Of a stretch of 64,000 nt of DNA, positions 38,021-47,058 are shown in pieces. Position 1 is the first letter of the stretch; each line of letters opens with the position of its first letter. Below the pieces are notes generated by a model. The model saw only the letters and a program-made list of their open reading frames with translations, was not told the DNA's origin and searched no databases. This stretch comes from a virus (Duplodnaviria > Heunggongvirae > Uroviricota > Caudoviricetes): the IMG/VR virus record IMGVR_UViG_3300036766_001364, positions 1 through 64,000 of that record, one strand, 5' to 3'. Both the position numbers and the translations under genes were made by a program.

Positions 38021-38365
38021 GTGAGCGCTCGCGACGAGGCAGACGTGGCGATCGGCCTCGAAGAAGCGCGTCGCTTGAACGCGGGAGAGACGATCCTGAT
38101 TGACTATGCCTCGGATCGGTACGGCGTGGACAGCTCTGTCGCCGTCGCGCTGAGCATCGAGGCCATAGAATGCGATGCGCTCAGAGGCGCGGTCCTGCGG
38201 GCAGCGCTCCGCGTGACGACGGCCTTCCAGAAGGCGAACGAATCTGGCGAGAGAAGCGTCCAGGTCTATGTCACTGACGACGCCGCGTCGCCGATCGGGC
38301 GGCTGGTGCTGGCGGCGCGCCGTCTCGAAGAGTTCGAGGCGCTATTTGAGAGGAGACAGAGATGA
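38021..38365 (+). CDS. Hypothetical protein (114 aa)
   Basis: GTG in frame of track ORF 37838. Confidence 0.4.
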   Translation: MSARDEADVAIGLEEARRLNAGETILIDYASDRYGVDSSVAVALSIEAIECDALRGAVLRAALRVTTAFQKANESGERSVQVYVTDDAASPIGRLVLAARRLEEFEALFERRQR

Positions 38366-38568
38366 TCACCGATTTCGATCGCGAGCACGTCCAGGAGATC
38401 CTCGTCAACAAAGATGGTCGGTTCGACTGGTACTCGTGCCACGTGATCCGCACAGTCGCGAAGGCAGATCGCGCCAACAGGGAAGTCATGCGCGCGGCCT
38501 ATCCAGAGCACGTCGCGGCCTACGAGCGCTGGCTGTTTTCATCGACCGACGGGAGGACACTGAGATGA
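38362..38568 (+). CDS. Hypothetical protein (68 aa)
   Basis: ORF in track. Confidence 0.35.
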   Translation: MITDFDREHVQEILVNKDGRFDWYSCHVIRTVAKADRANREVMRAAYPEHVAAYERWLFSSTDGRTLR

Positions 38569-38984
38569 CCAAGACGTATCGCGGCCACCGGGCAGCAGAC
38601 GGCCATGTCGTCGTGCAGCGCTCAGACGGAGACGGTCCGCCGTGGAAAGCCCTGCCCCACGTCGCTTTCCATTCGCCCACGGGATTCGAGTGGGGGTACG
38701 GAGGATCGGGACCCGCTGACCTCTCGCTCTCGCTGCTGTGCGACGCTTTAGGCGTCGCGCCCAGCTCGATGCGGTCTTACGCGAAGGGGTCGATCAGGGA
38801 CTTTCCGGTCGAGCGCTACGTCTCGTGCCACGCCGTATACGGGATGCACCAGCGGTTCAAGTTCGAGGTCGTGGCGAAGCTCGATCACAACCAGTGGGAG
38901 CTGACTCAGGACAAGATCTCGTCCTGGTCGCTGAGGGCGTCGGCGCAGGATCGAGACCAAGAACACTCGGAGGACGAACGGTGA
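38565..38984 (+). CDS. Hypothetical protein, possibly DUF6166-like
   Basis: ATG inside track ORF 38268; motif HSPTGFEWGYGGSGPADLSLSLL. Confidence 0.45.
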   Translation: MTKTYRGHRAADGHVVVQRSDGDGPPWKALPHVAFHSPTGFEWGYGGSGPADLSLSLLCDALGVAPSSMRSYAKGSIRDFPVERYVSCHAVYGMHQRFKFEVVAKLDHNQWELTQDKISSWSLRASAQDRDQEHSEDER

Positions 38985-39538
38985 CGCATTTCACGTGCCT
39001 GGTGATCGGGGGCGACGTCGCGCGCCAGCTAGCGCCCTACGACAGGGGACTCGCCATGGAACCGTATCGCGACTACAAAGACGACCCAAAGATAGAACGG
39101 TTAGCCGAGATCTACGGAGTCGACGCCTCCGATCTCGAAGCGCTCGCCGCGACGCTCATCAAAGATGGGGACAGGCTGTGTGGCATTGACGAGACCGGTC
39201 TCTACGAAGTCACGACGTACAATCCAGACTCGAAGTGGGATTGGTACACAGTCGAAGGGCGCTGGTCTGGCTACTTCGCCCTCAAGGACGGGAGCCGGGT
39301 CGACGAAGCGCTGAAGGGCGACGTCGACTGGGAGAAGATGCGCTCAGAAGATGAACACAGTGGACGCCACCACACGGTGGCGATCGTCGGAGAAGGCGTC
39401 TACCAGGCGGTGGGCGTCGTCGGCTGGTTCGGCGCGGTCGACACGTCTCACGAGAGCGAATGGAGAGAGCGCTGGTGGAAGGTCGTCGACGGTCTGTCAG
39501 ACGACGCCCCGCTGACGCTCGTCGACATGCACATATGA
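38981..39538 (+). CDS. Hypothetical protein (185 aa)
   Basis: GTG inside track ORF 38738. Confidence 0.45.
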   Translation: MTHFTCLVIGGDVARQLAPYDRGLAMEPYRDYKDDPKIERLAEIYGVDASDLEALAATLIKDGDRLCGIDETGLYEVTTYNPDSKWDWYTVEGRWSGYFALKDGSRVDEALKGDVDWEKMRSEDEHSGRHHTVAIVGEGVYQAVGVVGWFGAVDTSHESEWRERWWKVVDGLSDDAPLTLVDMHI

Positions 39539-39579
39539 TACGACGCCTCCGGAGTCGAGCCCCCCTCGTTAGTAGTACA

Positions 39580-39903
39580 ATGACGCGGCGTATGACGATC
39601 AACGGTCTGCTTCGACACATCGGCTTTCGGGCGAGATTTCCACGTCAGAGTTCTCTGTCAGCGACAGAAAAGGCACTGATCGACGTTCTCGGTGACTGGT
39701 GGAACGCCTACTGTAAGTTGCCGGACCGCCACCTGACGGAGGAAAATGAGGTCGCGTCGATGGTCCACGAACTCCAACGGATCATCATGGCTCGCGTGGC
39801 CGAGCGGACAGATCCTGACGTGTTCAAGAGATCCGTGCGATCGACGAGACATCTCGCAGACGCTGGTAGAGATCCACGGATGGTGAAATATGAGCGTTCT
39901 TGA
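39580..39903 (+). CDS. Hypothetical protein (107 aa), apparently leaderless (tagtagtacaATG)
   Basis: ATG immediately after an AT-rich GTAC motif; no RBS. Confidence 0.4.
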   Translation: MTRRMTINGLLRHIGFRARFPRQSSLSATEKALIDVLGDWWNAYCKLPDRHLTEENEVASMVHELQRIIMARVAERTDPDVFKRSVRSTRHLADAGRDPRMVKYERS

Positions 39904-40056
39904 ATGGTGGTTCTTCTTCGGTGGACTGGTGCTGACGATCGCGATCGCCGCGTTCTGCGTCGGCTTCTATCTTGGCGTGTCGATGAAGCTGAAAGACCTC
40001 GAAGAGTACCTCAAAGGGAAGGTGGTAGAGAGCGATGAACCAGCCCGTCGAACTTG
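39890..40056 (+). CDS. Small membrane protein (55 aa)
   Basis: Hydrophobic WWFFFGGLVLTIAIAAFCVGFYLGV. Confidence 0.3.
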
Positions 40057-40247
40057 AGAGGGCGATGCAGGCGGCTCGGGAACTGTATTTTGAGTTCACG
40101 CAGGCCGACTTTCTCGAACAAGAACTGCGGCGAAAGCACGACGCTGCGATGGCCGACGTGACCCGACTCGTGGACAAGAAAGCCAAAGCAGAAGAACTGG
40201 TCAGAAGACTGGCCGTCGAAGCCTGCTATCAAGAAGTTTTCGAATGA
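40035..40247 (+). CDS. Hypothetical protein (70 aa)
   Basis: ORF in track. Confidence 0.35.
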   Translation: MNQPVELERAMQAARELYFEFTQADFLEQELRRKHDAAMADVTRLVDKKAKAEELVRRLAVEACYQEVFE

Positions 40248-40469
40248 CTCGCGGCCGTATGACCACGAGACAAGCCTGGCTGCAAGCGCGGTGAGAGCGG
40301 CGCGCGGCGTGAACCTCTCTGACGCGACACGCAGATGGGCCGCGACCGTCGACCTCGGAAACGTGGCCCCGGTCCTGGCCTGCGCGATATGTTCTCCCGT
40401 GGACCGCTGCAAAGCGTGCGGACGCCGAGAGATCTCACAGACTGAGATCGAGACCAAAGGTACCACGGT

Positions 40470-40649
40470 GTGAGCTGGAATTTCGTCGGTTGGTATCTGG
40501 TCGCGATGGAATGCTCAGTTTTTGCTGTGGTCGCGTGGGCGCGACAGTACGGTGGACGGATCGATCCCGTGAGGACTGGCGTCGTCGTGGTCGGTTTCGC
40601 GGCAGCGATCGTTGTTTGCTTCGGCTTCGGGGCGAGAGACTCCAGATGA
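40470..40649 (+). CDS. Small membrane protein (59 aa)
   Basis: GTG; two hydrophobic segments. Confidence 0.3.
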   Translation: MSWNFVGWYLVAMECSVFAVVAWARQYGGRIDPVRTGVVVVGFAAAIVVCFGFGARDSR

Positions 40650-40894
40650 GCGCGTTCGAGATCGTCAAGGGCATGCGGGCGTTCGTCGTCACAGACTGCG
40701 CTGGGCTCGGGCGCGTGGGGTTTGGGCGCGTGGCGCGCTACGACCCGGAGCGTTACCTCGTCCTGATCGCGCTCGATGACGGGCGCGAGATCTACGGCTG
40801 GGAGTGTTGGTGGCTCGACGGCGTTCAAGCAGAGCGCGACCTCTCGACGATAGCGCTTCCGATGTCGTTTGGGGTCGAAGACTCGGTGCCGTGA
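40646..40894 (+). CDS. Hypothetical protein (82 aa)
   Basis: ATG inside track ORF 40490. Confidence 0.4.
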   Translation: MSAFEIVKGMRAFVVTDCAGLGRVGFGRVARYDPERYLVLIALDDGREIYGWECWWLDGVQAERDLSTIALPMSFGVEDSVP

Positions 40895-41202
40895 TCTTCC
40901 TTACGCGTGTACGCGCGCAAGAGACCTGCGGTCTCTGGGCTGGAGGGCTCTGCTGATCCCGGTCTCTGGCTCTCTTGTCCTTCAGGAAACAGGAGCGCTA
41001 GGCCTCTCGGTCCAGAAATCCAGAGTTCCCGAGGGACGCGTCCTTCGAGGGGTCCAGTGCGCGGTCGGACGCCCCTGCGGGCGCCGCGGCGAACAGATGT
41101 TACCCGTGCTGGATCGGTCTCCGTCTCAACCGCGGGTGGGTACCATCGGTGCATGCTACAGGACGCTTCTGAGTGACGCGACAGACGAGCCTCGTCCCGC
41201 CG

Positions 41203-42369
41203 ATGAGATCGGGTGAGCTGGACCCGGCGAATGCGCAGAGCGTGAGCCTCGCCGACAGCTATCGAGACTCGAAGTGCACGCGGTGCTCGCTGTCAGAGTA
41301 CGCGCAAAACGTGTGCCTCCCCGGCGAGGGACCGGTGCCAGCGCGCGGGATGATCGTCGCCGACGCCCCCGGCATCCCAGACGACGAGAACGGGAGGCCG
41401 CTCCACCAATCGACCGAGGCGGCGGCCTATTTCGACGCCGTGATCAGGGACGCCGACCTCGATCGCGCCGACCTGTACGTCACGTATGCGGTCAAGTGCC
41501 GACCGCCGTACGGAGACCGGCGCGCCGACCTCATCAAGGTCGCCCAGAAGGAGTGCGCGGTCTATCTCGACAGCGAGATCGCGGCCGTGAAGCCGCGGGC
41601 GGTGCTGTCGATGGGGGCGCCGGGTTACTACTACTTCACGCACGCGCAGGGCATCATGAAGCACCGCGGACAGGCGGTCTACGACGCCGCGCGCGGGCTG
41701 TGGGTCGTCCCCACGGTGTCTCCGATCGCCGTCCTCACGAACCCCGCGCTCGAGGAGGATTTCACCGCCGACGTGAAGAAGTTCAGGAGGCTGATGCTCG
41801 GGATCGACGACGCGCCGAGGGTCAACGTCATCGAGGTCCGCACGATCGAGGACCTGCGCGCGATGGTCTCCGACCTGGATTCGCAGGCGCCCGCCGTGCT
41901 CACGTTCGACCTCGAGACGCGCGGGTTCAACGACGTCAGGGTCGACGGGACGAGCTTCGTCTGGACCGTGGCGCTGACGCGCGGGCACCGGACGCGGGGC
42001 CTGATCGACTCCTACGTCGTGCCGTTGGAGCACCCCGAGTCTCCGTTCCTGGACGACGTCGGACAGCTCAGGGAGGCGGTGGGCTCGGTCGTCGGGCTCG
42101 TGCAGGGGTCTCGGTGCAGCGGGCACAACGTCAAGTTCGACTATCGCTGGCTCGAAATGCTGCGGCTCCGCTACGCCGAGTGCGGCGACGAGGCGCTCAG
42201 AGACGCAGCGCGACGGCTGAAGGAGCGCGAGTACTGGCCCGTGGTCGCTCCAAAGCGCCGCGGCAAGAAGGCGATCCTCGCAGAGCAGCCAGAGCTCCCC
42301 ATGGGATCGGGAGCGATCGATCGCTCCAGCGACGACGATCCGCGCTCCACGCTCTCCGATGAGTTATAG
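41203..42369 (+). CDS. Fusion of a family-4-like uracil-DNA glycosylase to a 3'-5' exonuclease (Exo I and Exo II motifs of a family-A polymerase proofreading domain)
   Basis: CTRCSLSEY...CLPGEGPVPARGMIVADAPG (UDG-4 Fe-S Cys plus GEAPG-like motif); VLTFDLETRGF (Exo I DxE); HNVKFDYRWLE (Exo II); low-complexity C-terminal tail. Confidence 0.8.
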   Translation: MRSGELDPANAQSVSLADSYRDSKCTRCSLSEYAQNVCLPGEGPVPARGMIVADAPGIPDDENGRPLHQSTEAAAYFDAVIRDADLDRADLYVTYAVKCRPPYGDRRADLIKVAQKECAVYLDSEIAAVKPRAVLSMGAPGYYYFTHAQGIMKHRGQAVYDAARGLWVVPTVSPIAVLTNPALEEDFTADVKKFRRLMLGIDDAPRVNVIEVRTIEDLRAMVSDLDSQAPAVLTFDLETRGFNDVRVDGTSFVWTVALTRGHRTRGLIDSYVVPLEHPESPFLDDVGQLREAVGSVVGLVQGSRCSGHNVKFDYRWLEMLRLRYAECGDEALRDAARRLKEREYWPVVAPKRRGKKAILAEQPELPMGSGAIDRSSDDDPRSTLSDEL

Positions 42370-42377
42370 TTGACTGG

Positions 42378-42905
42378 ATGACCGAGCAACTCGTGCACTT
42401 CTTGTTCCCCACTCCAAAGGCCGAACGCGACCTGTTGGCGAAGCTGGCGTCGAGCGACGGCCAGGAGGCCGTCGTGATCACGTCGGGAGAACGCGAGGTC
42501 GCCCTCGCCGCGATGCAGCGGGCGCACCGCGGAGACCGCCTCGCCGAGAGCGTCGCCGCCACGCGACACGTCCTCTTCGCGGTCGACGCGCACTCGTGCG
42601 CCACCGTCGAACAGTGTCGGGACGACTTCGAGAACGATCGCCTCGCTCCCGGAGACATGTGTCCCTGGCAGGCGTCTCAGATCATGGGCTACTACGCCGA
42701 TGACGATTCCCCCAAGGTCAGCGGCGTCAACGGTGAGCTCCTCGCGGCGCTGGTCGCGTACACGCTGTGGCCCGCGTGGGCGGTCGCGATGGGTTCGATC
42801 AAGCTCTATCGCAAGCGGTTCAGAAGCAGACCGGGCGGAGACCCGTTTGCATACGATGATATCGAGAACGTAGATCGATCAGGACGCATGCGCTCGGCTT
42901 CGTAG
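42378..42905 (+). CDS. Hypothetical protein (175 aa) interposed between the exonuclease and polymerase parts of the PolA-like gene
   Basis: ORF in a third frame; no polymerase or nuclease motif recognised. Confidence 0.45.
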   Translation: MTEQLVHFLFPTPKAERDLLAKLASSDGQEAVVITSGEREVALAAMQRAHRGDRLAESVAATRHVLFAVDAHSCATVEQCRDDFENDRLAPGDMCPWQASQIMGYYADDDSPKVSGVNGELLAALVAYTLWPAWAVAMGSIKLYRKRFRSRPGGDPFAYDDIENVDRSGRMRSAS

Positions 42906-43129
42906 GGACGCGGCCCTGACGCACGAGGCGCTGTGGCGCCTGCAGAGGCGCGTCGAACCGCTGCTGGACCTCATGAGAGCGGCGAGAGAGGCAGACAGGC
43001 TCGCGTCCCTTGGAGACCACCCCGACGCCCGCGCGGCGCTCTTCCTGAGGGCAGCGATAGAGAAGTTTGAGGCGGACATCAGGCCGATCGGTTGAGCCGC
43101 CCGCCGGGACCGTCAGGTACCATCTCCGT

Positions 43130-44743
43130 ATGTCCATCTTCTACGACACGATGCTGGCCGCGCACTGCCTCGGAGAGGAGCGCGGCCTCTCGCTGCTGAA
43201 CCAAGCGAGCACCGAGCTTGGCGTCGACGACTGGGGCAAGGGCACCCACTCGTTCGGCGATGCGAAGACGCCTCCCGACCCGCTCTGGGGACCAGACGGA
43301 CTTGCGTACTACAACGCCCGCGACGCCGGGTACACCCACCTCCTCTACGAGGCGCAGCGCGATCAGCTCGTGGCGCACCAGGACCAGGCGAGGCTGATGA
43401 AGCTGCTCGCTTTCCCCGGGATGAACGCTGTGTGTCAGATGGAGCTCAACGGCATCTGGGTCGACCTCGACCGCCTTGAAAAGAGGCGCGAAGAGCTCCT
43501 CGCCAGGCGCGAGGCGGCCAGGATCGAGATGCTGCAGTACGTGTCTGATGATTTTCGAGAGAGCGCAGATTTCGCCAACGAACACTTCCTGCGCAGATGG
43601 ATCTTCGGCCAGCTCCCCGACGGGCTCGGTCTCGAGCCCGTCTCGTTCACCGAGAAGACGCAGAAACCGCAGGTCGACGAGGCGGCGCTCACGGCGCTCT
43701 CGGCGAAGCATCCCGCGATGGAGGTGCTCATGCGATTCCGTCGCGCGACGAAGCACGTGCAGTTCCTCGATGGGTGGAAGACGTTCATGGATCGCGGGCA
43801 CCGACTGCACCCGAGGTTCAACATGACGGGGACGGTCACTGGGCGGAGGTCGTGTTCCGATCCGAACCTCCAGCAGGTCCCGCGCGACAAGTACATCAGG
43901 TCGATCATCGGTGCGCCGCCAGGATGGCGGCTGCTCGAGATCGACTATTCACAGATTGAGGTGCGCCTGTCTGCGTGGTTCGCTGAGGAAGACACGATGC
44001 TCGCCCTCTACGCCGACGACAAGGACGTCTACATCCACATCGCGTCGCTCATCTACGAGAAACCAGAGTCCGAAGTCACGAGGTCCGAGCGGCAGGGAGC
44101 GAAGGCCGTCGTGCTCGGGTTCCTGTACGGCATGGGTCCGCGCAGTTTCGTCATCTACGCCAAGGAAACATTCGACGTCGACTTCACGCTCGACCAGGGG
44201 CGCGCGTTCCGAGAGACGTTCTTCAGCGCGTACCCGCGCCTGCTGCCGTGGCACGATCGCCAGCGCAAGCTCGTCAGGCAGCACCTCCAGGTCTCGTCGC
44301 CGATCGGCAGGGTGCGCCACCTCAAGAGGGTGCTCAGCCTGGACGAATTCACGCGGGCGAAGGCCGAGCGCCAGGCGATCAACAGCCCCGTGCAGGGGTT
44401 CGGCGGGGACCTGACGCTCGCCACCAACCTGAGCCTCATGCCCGAGCTCGACCCCGAAGAGTGTCTCGTCGTGGGCGACATCCACGACGCGCTGCTCTTT
44501 CAGGTGCGCGACGACGTGTGGGAGAAGTGGGCCCATCGGATACTCACCGTCATGCAGGACCCGCCAGCGCTGAGCCCGTTCAACGCCAACGCGCCCGTCA
44601 GGTTCCTCGCCGAGGGCAAGATCGGCCAGCACTGGGGGCAGGGGCTCGAGTTCCTGCTGAAGGACTTCGGTCCAGACGGGACGCTCCCCGTCCAGTGGCA
44701 CGAAGAGTGGGAGAAGCTCTTGGCCGGATACGCGGTGGCGTGA
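43130..44743 (+). CDS. Family-A DNA polymerase, polymerase domain, beginning with the Exo III motif
   Basis: YYNARDAGY (Exo III YxxxD); motif A DYSQIEVRL; RRSCSDPNLQQVPRD; motif B RQGAKAVVLGFLYGMG; motif C VGDIHDALLF. The start may be further upstream (43067). Confidence 0.85.
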   Translation: MSIFYDTMLAAHCLGEERGLSLLNQASTELGVDDWGKGTHSFGDAKTPPDPLWGPDGLAYYNARDAGYTHLLYEAQRDQLVAHQDQARLMKLLAFPGMNAVCQMELNGIWVDLDRLEKRREELLARREAARIEMLQYVSDDFRESADFANEHFLRRWIFGQLPDGLGLEPVSFTEKTQKPQVDEAALTALSAKHPAMEVLMRFRRATKHVQFLDGWKTFMDRGHRLHPRFNMTGTVTGRRSCSDPNLQQVPRDKYIRSIIGAPPGWRLLEIDYSQIEVRLSAWFAEEDTMLALYADDKDVYIHIASLIYEKPESEVTRSERQGAKAVVLGFLYGMGPRSFVIYAKETFDVDFTLDQGRAFRETFFSAYPRLLPWHDRQRKLVRQHLQVSSPIGRVRHLKRVLSLDEFTRAKAERQAINSPVQGFGGDLTLATNLSLMPELDPEECLVVGDIHDALLFQVRDDVWEKWAHRILTVMQDPPALSPFNANAPVRFLAEGKIGQHWGQGLEFLLKDFGPDGTLPVQWHEEWEKLLAGYAVA

Positions 44744-44744
44744 C

Positions 44745-45218
44745 ATGGCGATCAGGACGCGGAAGCCGGCGAACAGGGTGTTGCCAGAGCAGGACATCGT
44801 CGACAGGATATACGCCGACCTGCAGGAGACGGGCGTCCCGATGCCTCTCCATCGAGCGGTCGTCAAGCGGGTCTCGAGCTTCCTCCAGGACGTCGACGAC
44901 AGGGCGCTCGTCGAGCTGGTCATCCGCGAGAGCGTGCGCGCAGACGGCGCGAACTTCAGCATCCCATTCACGCTCGACCCAGTGGCGTTCGAGCACACGC
45001 GCCGGCGGCTCGACATCCCGGACGGAGCGTGGCGATACGCGCTCTGGGCGTACGACTGCGATCGGCCCGATCTGAAGCAGAGCGTCGAGTACTGGATCAA
45101 CGCGTGGCGCGACGGCATCGACGCCGAGGACGGGGCGATCGTCGAGCGCGCCAGAGAGATGCTCGCGAAGCTGATGGACTATACGGGCGACGGCACGCTC
45201 GAGGAGATCGTGATTTGA
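44745..45218 (+). CDS. Hypothetical protein (157 aa)
   Basis: ORF in track. Confidence 0.45.
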   Translation: MAIRTRKPANRVLPEQDIVDRIYADLQETGVPMPLHRAVVKRVSSFLQDVDDRALVELVIRESVRADGANFSIPFTLDPVAFEHTRRRLDIPDGAWRYALWAYDCDRPDLKQSVEYWINAWRDGIDAEDGAIVERAREMLAKLMDYTGDGTLEEIVI

Positions 45219-46504
45219 CGGTCCACATCGGCGAGGCCAGCCCAGAGGAGGTCGAGCTGTACGTCCTCTCGTCGCTTCGGACGCCCGAGGCCGTCGCGCG
45301 CGCCGCCGACGCCGGCATAAACGACGAATCTTGGCAGGTCGACGACCACGCTGAGGCGTGGAAATACGTCCGTGAGCGCCTGCGCGGCGGCGGCGAGATG
45401 CCGAGCGTCGCAGACGTCGAGGCCGCGTGCGGCATCGCGCTCATCAGGGACGTCACGGACGAAGACACGTTCCTCTCAGAGCTAGTCAAGCGGACGATCG
45501 AGCGCCAGGCGACGCGTCGCATCTTGGAGGGGGTCGAAGGGCTGCGCGACGACCCGCGAGCGGCGGTGGCGAAGCTCATCGGCGACCTGTCTGAGATCTC
45601 GGCCTCGACGACGGCGCATTCGGCCGTGTACGACGGATCGATCCAGAGCCGGCTCGACTTGATGCGCGAACGGACCGATCGGAAGGCCAGAGGGGAAGTG
45701 ATCGGCATACGCACTGGGCTGCGCGTGCTCGACGACGCCGGCTACACTTTTCGCCCGGGCGTGCTCGTCTGCCTCCAGGGGCCCATGAACGTCGGAAAAT
45801 CGGGGCTCCTGCTCTGGTTCTGCGCTCGCGCGTACCACCACGACCGGGCGCGCATACTGTTCCTCACGCCCGAGTCGACGATCAACGACATCCACGACCG
45901 GCTCGATCCCATGCTCGCGCGCTTCAGGGGGTACGAGCTGTCGAACCACGACCTCCGCATGGGCACGGTCGACATGGACCTGTATTCGCAGTACGTCGCG
46001 GACGTCGCGCTCGACGGGCGGAACGACTGGATCACGCGCGACTCGGGCGACTCGGGCGTGTTCAGCGTCGGCGAGATCATCCAGCTCGCTCGCGAGCACA
46101 GGCCAGACATCATCGCGATCGACGGCGTGCACCTGATCAGCGGAGAGGGTCGCACGTGGGAGCGCATCAAGGACGCTGCGGAGATGCTCAAGGGGCTCGC
46201 CCAGAGCATGGGACTCGTCGTCATCGGCGGGACGCAGGTCACGCGCGAGGCCATGCTCTCAGACGACCCGGCCGAGCTCGGACAATCGGCGTACGGCCTC
46301 GCCTTCTTAGAGGCGTCGAACATGGTCATCAGCCTCGCGACGAAGCGCGGAGACTCGATGCAGCGCACCTGGAAGCTGGTCAAGAACAGGGACGGACGCC
46401 AGATCTTGGCGCGACAGTACCTCAGGTTCGACATCGACGCGGGGAACCTCGGCGACGTCCAGATCAACGTCGACGGGTCCACCGGGATCGTGGGGTTCGA
46501 TTGA
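45215..46504 (+). CDS. DnaB-like replicative helicase (RecA-fold C-terminal domain)
   Basis: Walker A GVLVCLQGPMNVGKSGLLLWF, Walker B DIIAIDGVHLI, GLVVIGGTQVTRE; TTG at 45215 after GAGGAG. Confidence 0.8.
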   Translation: MTVHIGEASPEEVELYVLSSLRTPEAVARAADAGINDESWQVDDHAEAWKYVRERLRGGGEMPSVADVEAACGIALIRDVTDEDTFLSELVKRTIERQATRRILEGVEGLRDDPRAAVAKLIGDLSEISASTTAHSAVYDGSIQSRLDLMRERTDRKARGEVIGIRTGLRVLDDAGYTFRPGVLVCLQGPMNVGKSGLLLWFCARAYHHDRARILFLTPESTINDIHDRLDPMLARFRGYELSNHDLRMGTVDMDLYSQYVADVALDGRNDWITRDSGDSGVFSVGEIIQLAREHRPDIIAIDGVHLISGEGRTWERIKDAAEMLKGLAQSMGLVVIGGTQVTREAMLSDDPAELGQSAYGLAFLEASNMVISLATKRGDSMQRTWKLVKNRDGRQILARQYLRFDIDAGNLGDVQINVDGSTGIVGFD

Positions 46505-47058
46505 GCCAGACCGAGCTGCCGACGACAGAGGGCGGTTTCAGGACGGTCGTGGCGGACCCCCCGTGGCCGTACAACGACAGGCTCCCCGGAAAGGGCCGAG
46601 GCGCAGCGAAGCACTACGGACTCATGGACGTCGACGCGATATCGGCGCTGCCGGTCGCGGACGTCGCCGCAGACGCCGCGCATCTCTACGTGTGGACGAC
46701 GAACGGTTTCCTCGGCGAAGCGATCGCGGTGTGTCGCGCTTGGGGCTTCGACCCGAAGACGGTGCTCACGTGGGTCAAGGTGTCGCGCGCCGGCAACGTG
46801 CGCATCGGCATGGGGAGGACCTTCAGGAACGCCACAGAACACGCGGTATTCGGCGTGCGCGGAAAGCTGCCGGCGCTGCGACGCGACGTCCCCAACGTCT
46901 TCTTCGCCGAGCGCACAGAACACTCGCGCAAGCCCGATCGGTTCTATGAGATAGTCCGCTCGATGTCCCCCGGACCGTACCTAGAACTGTTCGCGCGGCG
47001 ACACGAGCCCGACTTCGTCGCTTGGGGCGATGAAGCGCCGCGATCGGACCTCGGCTGA
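46501..47058 (+). CDS. MT-A70-like DNA N6-adenine (or N4-cytosine) methyltransferase
   Basis: VVADPPWPY catalytic motif with the downstream WTTNGFLGEA...WGF...LTWVK core; TTG at 46501; track ORF 46156 is extended upstream by GC bias. Confidence 0.75.
   Translation: MSQTELPTTEGGFRTVVADPPWPYNDRLPGKGRGAAKHYGLMDVDAISALPVADVAADAAHLYVWTTNGFLGEAIAVCRAWGFDPKTVLTWVKVSRAGNVRIGMGRTFRNATEHAVFGVRGKLPALRRDVPNVFFAERTEHSRKPDRFYEIVRSMSPGPYLELFARRHEPDFVAWGDEAPRSDLG

Noticed and set aside
40895-41202. Search for a tRNA gene in the long intergenic regions (also 14960-15290 and 31620-31815)
   Set aside because: No T-loop-like GTTCRANYC box or cloverleaf-compatible segments were seen by eye. This cannot be excluded without tRNAscan.
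42976-43095. Small ORF between the interposed gene and the polymerase domain
   Set aside because: Only about 39 aa from the first ATG, with no RBS. It probably lies within the untranslated or alternative-start region of the polymerase ORF (track start 43067).
46156-46500. Upstream extension of the MTase ORF (track start 46156) and of the helicase ORF (track start 45029)
   Set aside because: These overlap the preceding genes in alternative frames. Conserved domains begin near TTG 46501 and TTG 45215, which also have RBSs.
43949-46923. Long minus-strand ORFs (43949..45118, 45742..46923, 45097..45714) antisense to the polymerase, helicase and MTase
   Set aside because: The sense-strand genes carry unambiguous catalytic motifs. 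The antisense frames are compositional artefacts.
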